The notes under the pieces are model-generated. The model was not told the DNA's origin, searched no databases, and was given only the letters and a program-made list of their open reading frames with translations. Of a stretch of DNA of 61,125 nucleotides, positions 55,016-61,125 are shown piece after piece. Each line of letters starts with the position of its first letter. Position 1 is the first letter of the stretch. Source of the DNA: an uncultured Gemmatimonadaceae bacterium (GTDB lineage: Bacteria; Gemmatimonadota; Gemmatimonadetes; Gemmatimonadales; Gemmatimonadaceae); contig CAWHHI010000007.1 in NCBI GenBank assembly GCA_963829055.1, forward strand, positions 1-61,125. The letters run 5' to 3'. Both the position numbers and the translations under genes were made by a program.

Positions 55016-57717
55016 CCCTCGGCTCGGCCGCGCGCTCAGTGCGCTTCTCCCCGAACGAATAGTCGCCGACGCGTTCGAGCCCGCATTCGAGGATCTGCGG
55101 CTCGCGTATCTCGTCCGTCGCCAGGACAGCGGGTCGTCGTTAGGCCGCGGGGCGCTCTACGGCGCGTTCGTGGCCCTGGCGATCCTGTTGTTCCTCGACT
55201 GTTGGCGGCTCGTTGTTGCCGGCGTGTTTCATCGACGCGAGCGCGCCGTCGACCGTCCACTGCCGCACGACGTCATCACCGAACCAAAGCAGACGGAGCG
55301 ATTCCCCATGTTCGTGTACCTCGTACGCCACGCATTCCGTCAGCTCGTTCGTGAGCCGGCGTTCACCGTCGCCGCGCTGTTGACGCTGGCGTTAGGTGTC
55401 GGCGCGAACGTCGCCGTGTTCGCCGTCGTGGAAGCCGTGTTGCTTCGGCCGCTCCCGTACGCGAGCGCCGACCAGCTCGTGATCCTCAATCATCGCGATC
55501 AACGCACCGGGATCACGAAGGAGTTCATCGCGATCGGCGACTACGCCGACCTCGTGGGCCGTCAGACGACGTTCGAGGCCCTGAGCGCCTACGGGCGGGG
55601 ACAAACGTCCATCGTCGACGGCGACAACCCATTTCGCGTCGACCTGTTAGGCTCCGGCCCCGGCCTCCTCGAATTGTTGCGGGTGCGTCCGGTGCTCGGC
55701 AGAACCTTCCAGCCCGAGGATGCTCGCGACGGGGCTCCGCCGGTGATGATGCTCGGCTACGATACGTGGAAGAAGCGTTTCGGTGGCGACCCATCGGTGA
55801 TCGGGCGCGTCGTGAAGCTCGAACAGTCGGCACGCCAGGTCGTCGGCGTCGCGCCCGCCGGGTTCACGTTCCCGCCTAACGCCACAACGGACATCATCCT
55901 GCCGCTGCAGGTCCCGACAGTGGCGCCAGCGCAGCGCCGCGCGGGTTGGACGTTCGTCATCGGCCGCCTCAAGCCGGGTCGCACGCTGGCCGACGCCGCC
56001 ACGAACCTGACGGTGATCTCCCGTCAGTTGGAAAAGGAGTACCCGCAGAGCAATCTCGCCGCCGAGTATTTCCCGCTCGATCTCCGTACGTCGCTCGCGG
56101 GCAACACGAAGCCCGCGTTGATGCTGCTGTTCGCGGCCGTCGGGGTGGTGCTGCTCATCGCCTGCGCCAACGTCGCGAACCTGCTGCTCGCGCGGTCGCT
56201 CGGCCGTCGGCGTGAGATGTCGGTTCGCCTCGCGTTAGGTGCCGGGGGTGGACGGCTCGCGGCTCAGCTTCTCACCGAGAGCCTGGTGCTCGCGCTGGTC
56301 GCGGGCGCCGCCGGTATCCTGATGGCGTACTGGGGCGCGCATGCGCTCGTGGCGCTGCTGCCGCACTCCGGAAGCGTGCCAGGCATGCAGCGAGGTGCAC
56401 ATCAACGGAAACGTTCTCGCATTCACGCTCGGCATCATCGCGCTCACGACCGTCGTGTTCGGCCTCGTCGCCGCACTCACGGTTCGATCGGAGAAGGCGG
56501 TCAGCGTGCTGAACACGTCGCGGGGGTCGAGCATGAGCGCCACGGCGCGTCGCGCGACGTCCACGCTCGTTGTCGCGGAGGTCGCGCTGGCGATCGTGTT
56601 GCTCGTGGGGGCCGGTCTCATTCTACGGAGCTTCGCGGGACTGCTGGCCGTCGACCCCGGCTTTCGCACCGAGAACGTCATGACGATGTCCCTCGAGTTA
56701 CCCGGCAACCGATACCGCGACTTCGGCGCGCGCGACGGATTCTACGCCAGAGAGTTCGCCGAGCTGTCTTCGATTGCCGGCGTGAAGGCGGTCGGCGTAG
56801 CCGCGGTGACACCGCTTACCGGAAACAACTGGACGGCGCCGTTCGAACGTCCCGAGCGGCCCGTTCCTGCTGGTGAGCGGCCGCCGGAAGTCGGATGGCA
56901 GCTCGCGTCGAACGGGTACTTCAAGGCGCTACAGATCCCGGTCGTGGCTGGCCGCTTGTTCGACGAGCGGGACGCCGGCGCGAAGGCGCCGTTCACCGTG
57001 ATCGTGAGCGAGGCGATCCAGAAGCGCTTCTTCCCTAACGAGAGCGCGGTCGGAAAGCACGTCAAGATCGGCGACGGGCCGGCGGAAATCATCGGCGTTG
57101 TCGGGAACATCCGACGGGCCGGTCTCCGCGACGAGCCGCGCGCCGACATGTATTTCCCGTTCGAGCGCGAGAAGCCGGGGCAGATCACGATGTTCGTCAG
57201 GACGGCGTCGGATCCGGAGCGATCGCTGGCGACGATCAAGGCTGCCATCGCTCGCGTCGAGCCTAACGCGTTCGTGTCGGAAGTCCAAACGCTCTCGCAC
57301 GTCGCCAGCGAATCCGAGCGCGTGACTCGCGTGGTGCTGTGGCTGCTCGGCGTATTCGCCGTGACGTCACTCGCCCTCGCGGCGGTTGGGATCTACGGCG
57401 TCATGTCGTATGCGGTTCGGCAGCGCACGCGGGAGATCGGCACGCGCATCGCGCTCGGCGCGACGCGCCGGAACATCCTCTGGCTCGTGCTGCAGCAAGG
57501 CGCCGTGATCGCCGCAGTGGGAACCGTGGTCGGTCTGGCGACCGGGCTCGTGACCACGCGCTTCCTGTCGTCCATCCTGTACGGCGTGTCAGGCACCGAC
57601 CCGCTGACGTTAGGCGGGGCGGTGCTGGTGCTCGTCGTGACGATCATGCTCGCGTGTTGGATCCCCGCGCGGCGGGCCGCATCGGTCGACCCGGCGAAGA
57701 CGCTGGCCGAGCAGTAA
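55008..57717 (+). CDS. ADOP-family duplicated ABC permease (frameshift near 56390)
   Basis: TLALGVGAN, LLIACANVANLLLAR, EVALAIVLLVGAGL, WIPARRAASVDP. Confidence 0.92.
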
Positions 57718-57748
57718 CGCACGGTCGAGCAGAGCGCGTGCTGGCGCG

Positions 57749-58384
57749 TCAAGCGCCCGTCGCGCGCGCGATGGCTCCCGCGACCTCACTCTGCGCAGCG
57801 ACGCTGAAGTCGAGGTCGCGAAGTAGCCCGTCGTCGAGACGGTAGATCCATGCGTGGAGCGTGAGTGGCTGCCCGCGATCCCAGGCGTCCTGCACGATCG
57901 TCGTCTCCGAGACGTTGAGCGCCTGCTCGAGGACGTTCAGCTCGCAGAGCCGGTCCTCGCGGGCGTCTTCAGGCAGCGCCTCGATCTGCTTCGCGTGCTT
58001 CTGCTTGATGTCCTGCACGTGTCGCAGCCAGTTGTCGATGAGGCCGAGCTTGGCGCCCGCGAGTGCGGCGCGTACACCGCCGCAGCCGTAGTGGCCGCAC
58101 ACGATGACGTGCTTGACGCGGAGGGCATCGACGGCGAACTGCAACACGGACAGGCAGTTGAGATCGGTGTGGACCACGACGTTCGCGACGTTGCGATGCA
58201 CGAACAGCTCGCCGGGCGGCAGATCGACGATCTCGTTCGCCGGGACACGGCTATCCGAGCACCCGATCCAGAGGTACTCGGGCGCTTGTTGGGCGGCGAG
58301 CCGGGAGAAAAAGCCAGGATCGACCCGTAAGCGCTCGGTCGCCCAGCGTCTGTTCTTCTCGAACAGCTCGGGGAGTTGTCGCAT
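57749..58384 (-). CDS. can: Beta-class carbonic anhydrase
   Basis: WIGCSDSRVP, FVHRNVAN, CGHYGCGG. Confidence 0.96.
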   Translation of the reverse strand: MRQLPELFEKNRRWATERLRVDPGFFSRLAAQQAPEYLWIGCSDSRVPANEIVDLPPGELFVHRNVANVVVHTDLNCLSVLQFAVDALRVKHVIVCGHYGCGGVRAALAGAKLGLIDNWLRHVQDIKQKHAKQIEALPEDAREDRLCELNVLEQALNVSETTIVQDAWDRGQPLTLHAWIYRLDDGLLRDLDFSVAAQSEVAGAIARATGA

Positions 58385-58479
58385 TGCGGCAGTGCAGGGC
58401 GGTTCGGCGGGATTCGTGAAGTGGCGGGAAAGCTAACCCGCTCGAACCCGGTGGCGAATTCGCCGCGTCAGACGTGCGG

Positions 58480-59013
58480 TCAGCCCCTACAGGCGCGCAC
58501 CGTCTGGTTCGTCTTCTCCTCACTCGCTTCGCTGCCAGACGCGAGATCGAACGCGATATGCGCCGCTTCGTGCTCCATGGTCCAGACCACGTCGTTCACG
58601 GTGCGCACGCCGACGTTGAGCGAGTCGATCTCGCGCGCGAGCATCATCTCCCCGTTAGGCTTGGCCTCGCCGGACGCGAGGTTGCTTCCCACGCGCCACA
58701 TGAACGGGCGGATCGTGATCTGTCCGCCGCGGTACGAGCTCTCGAGCACGGAACCGTACCGCGAACAGTCGCCGCCCCGCGCCTTGAGATCGACAATGCG
58801 TGATTCGACTGCCCGCGTGATCTCGGCCGGCATCGGGATGGCCTCGCAGTCGGTGCACGGACCGTCGGCGCGTGGCCCTGACGTCTCGTTCCTGGTGTCG
58901 TTACGCAGGTTGGGCGCACCAACGGACGCCGACGATGCCCCACGCGCGGACGCGCATGCGGCCGAGCCGGTGAGTGCGGCGATCGATATCAGGTAGAGGG
59001 CGTGACGGACCAT
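58480..59013 (-). CDS. Hypothetical lipoprotein with HExxH motif
   Basis: Lipobox-like GSAAC; MEHEAAHIAF; several Cys. Confidence 0.6.
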   Translation of the reverse strand: MVRHALYLISIAALTGSAACASARGASSASVGAPNLRNDTRNETSGPRADGPCTDCEAIPMPAEITRAVESRIVDLKARGGDCSRYGSVLESSYRGGQITIRPFMWRVGSNLASGEAKPNGEMMLAREIDSLNVGVRTVNDVVWTMEHEAAHIAFDLASGSEASEEKTNQTVRACRG

Positions 59014-59113
59014 CGGACCTTAAGGATGCGTTCGGTTGACATGTACTCTTGATCGATACGATGGAGGATGGCCTAACGCAACCGGATGTGCGCTAGCGGC
59101 GCTGCTGGCGGCG

Positions 59114-59332
59114 TTACGACGGCTGGGCGTAGGACTCGAGGTACCCGCAGCTCTCGCAGCGATACGTCGTGACCGGATGCCCGGCGTCCCGGGCGAGCTT
59201 GAGCCCGGTCCAAATGGATCGCTGCGGCTTGCCTTCGGCCCACTGCGACTGGACGCGCCCCCCGTGGGTAGCGTCGACGATGAAGCCTTCTTCCATGCTG
59301 GAGTTGCACTTGGGGCAGGTAGGGCTGGTCAT
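59114..59332 (-). CDS. Small zinc-ribbon protein (PF20097/DUF6487-like)
   Basis: CPKCNSSMEEGFI..W.EG..YRCESCGYLESYA. Confidence 0.8.
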   Translation of the reverse strand: MTSPTCPKCNSSMEEGFIVDATHGGRVQSQWAEGKPQRSIWTGLKLARDAGHPVTTYRCESCGYLESYAQPS

Positions 59333-59373
59333 GTGTGTGGTTGGCGCTGGCTACGTGAGAACCGCGGCGACTG

Positions 59374-59928
59374 ACATCAAGAACCCAGGTGTGAACGGAT
59401 CCGGCGGAAACAACGGATCGGCCTGATTTGATACATAGGGCACTCGATTGATTGCGCGGTGGAGCGTCCGTGCACGACTCTAAATCTGCAACGGCGACCA
59501 CTGATTCACGAACGGCTCACACGCTCGGTCATCGGAGCATTCTACGAGGTTTACAACCAGCTCGGTTTCGGGTTCCTCGAGCATATCTACATGATGGCGC
59601 TCGAGCGGGAGCTCCGGGCACGCGGCCATCAGGTGGGCCGCGAAGTATGGGTGACGGTCTACTACAAGGGTGAAGAGCTGGGTCGGCAGCGGATCGACAT
59701 GCTGGTCGACGGGAAGCTGGTAGTCGAGGGAAAGGCGACCTTCGAGCTACGGCGGGGAGCGCGGCGACAGTTGTACAACTATCTCCATGCCACAGACTTA
59801 CAGGTTGGGCTTCTGCTGCATTTCGGCCCTGAGCCACGATTCTATCGCGTCGTTTCGATCAATGCCTCGCGTGTATCCGCCCAATCAGCTGTTTCCGAGT
59901 GATCCGAAGGAACCGGGGTTCTGGATGT
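59374..59928. mobile_element. Putative cassette: GxxExxY gene bounded by 54-bp imperfect inverted repeats
   Basis: 59374-59427 vs reverse complement of 59875-59928: 39/54 identical, ungapped (manual alignment). Confidence 0.6.
59459..59902 (+). CDS. GxxExxY-family PD-(D/E)XK nuclease-like protein
   Basis: VIGAFYEVYNQLGFGFLEHIY, RIDMLV..VVEGK, QLYNYL, GLLLHFG. Confidence 0.92.
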   Translation: MERPCTTLNLQRRPLIHERLTRSVIGAFYEVYNQLGFGFLEHIYMMALERELRARGHQVGREVWVTVYYKGEELGRQRIDMLVDGKLVVEGKATFELRRGARRQLYNYLHATDLQVGLLLHFGPEPRFYRVVSINASRVSAQSAVSE

Positions 59929-60945
59929 TCGAGCCGACCGAGACCCAACCACCTCGTTCCGCGGACCGGAACAAGGCGTCGATGACCTCCATGTTCCCGA
60001 CCGACGTCTCGAGCGACACCGGTACCGTGCCGACGCCGCGCACGGCCTCGGAGAAGCGATCCGCCTGCAGCGTGAACTGGTCTGTCGCGGGAGTCTCGAT
60101 CACTTCGGCACTCGCGCCGTGCGAACTGTGAACCGTCGTCGACGAAGATTCTGCACGGACGGTCCGGCGGCGCGTTGAACGGGATCTCCACCTCGATCCG
60201 GCCGCGCTCGCCAAAGAGATGCACCCGCTGATATGGCCCGAGCTGTCCGGCACAGGTGAACGTCGCCTGACCTGTCGGGAAGCGCATCATCGCCGACGTT
60301 AGGCGGTCGATCTCCAGGTCGGGGTCGCGCTCGATCATCGCCACCACCTGCATCCGGCTCGGCGCCGAACATCCAGCGCGCGATGAAGATCGGGTAGCAG
60401 CCAACGTCCATGAGCGCGCCGCCGCCCCAGGCCAACTGACTCCGGATGTCAGCAGGGTCGCGCCGGTAGTAGCTGAAGTGGGCCGTCATGAGGCGCAGCC
60501 CGCCCACGCGTCCGCTGGCGATCACGCGCTCGACTTCCTGCCACTGCGGATGCGTGCGCACCATGAATGCCTCCGCGATCTGGACGTGGTTCGCATCGCG
60601 CGCGGCGAGCAGCGTGCGGGCCTCGCTGGCGGAGAGCGCGATCGGCTTCTCGCAGAGCACGTGCTTCCCAGCCTGCGCGGCACGGATGGACCACGGCACA
60701 TGCAGATGGTTCGGGAGCGGATTGTACACGGCTTCGACGTCGGCGTCGGCGAGAAGCTCCTCGTAGGAACCGTACGCGCGCGGAATACCTAACGCCGCCG
60801 CGGCCGCGCGCGCCTTCGCGATGTCACGCGATGCAATCGCCACCGGCACCGCGAGCCGACTGGCGCGCATTGCCGGAATGACTTTCTTGACCGCGATGTT
60901 CGCAGCGCCGAGGATGCCCCAGCGGACTGGTTCGAGAGCTGTCAC
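59885..60945 (-). CDS. Gfo/Idh/MocA-family oxidoreductase (frameshifted)
   Basis: RWGILGAANIA, YNPLPNHLH, HVLCEKP, GGGALMDVGCY, EIPFNAP. Confidence 0.92.
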
Positions 60946-60958
60946 GGGTCTGAGGTAA

Positions 60959-61113
60959 GGAAGGAGGCCTTAGGAAGGAGGCCTTAGGACGGTGTCATCC
61001 CGAGCGCAGCGAGGGATCTTCTCGAAGGTCATCGTAGCCAATTATGCCACGATGCCATCACAGAAGATCCCTCGCTGCCGCTCGGGATGACAATGGCTGC
61101 CGCTCGGGATGAC
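60959..61113. repeat. GGAAGGAGGCCTTA duplication plus GTCATCCCGAGCG-type hairpin
   Basis: TGTCATCCCGAGCGCAGCGAGGGATCTTCT..AGAAGATCCCTCGCTGCCGCTCGGGATGACA with doubled right arm. Confidence 0.85.
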
Positions 61114-61125
61114 AGGGCGCTGCGT

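Noticed and set aside
624..60795. TTAGGC as nematode telomeric repeat or contamination
   Set aside because: Copies are single, never tandem, and lie in-frame within bacterial genes.
1..61125. rRNA, tRNA, integrase, IS transposase or prophage genes
   Set aside because: No supporting motifs were recognised by eye; a tRNAscan/Infernal run would be needed to exclude small RNAs.

Overview
High-GC (roughly 68%) bacterial chromosomal segment, most likely Gemmatimonadota. This is inferred from the '[28 protein letters not shown]' Ser/Thr kinase, multiple PadR/ADOP permease pairs, Uma2 paralogs and BNR/PQQ/NHL secreted proteins. About 45 genes are recognisable: ECF41 sigma + CMD protein, methionine salvage mtnB-mtnD-mtnC, NudC, TesB, multicopper oxidase, PQQ dehydrogenase, a urate/allantoin catabolic cluster (allB-alc-uraD-uraH >< puuD-CitE/HpcH-like), an ABC exporter, a Tat-exported Moco oxidoreductase, carbonic anhydrase and others. 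Many genes are split by single-base indels concentrated in blocks, most likely long-read consensus errors. No rRNA, tRNA, CRISPR or classical IS was seen. Four sequence-level signals stand out. (1) The non-palindromic octamer CGTTAGGC/GCCTAACG occurs about 48 times (manual count, ~20x over a base-composition expectation), on both strands and inside genes, where it often imposes rare codons. (2) A GxxExxY PD-(D/E)XK nuclease gene is bracketed by 54-bp imperfect inverted repeats built from 9-bp-periodic units, and several 'empty' inverted-repeat pairs of the same design lie elsewhere, some nested inside other REP-like elements. (3) Several further dispersed hairpin/MITE-like families are present. 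(4) The allantoin pathway lacks a visible ureidoglycolate lyase but has unusual candidate enzymes nearby.
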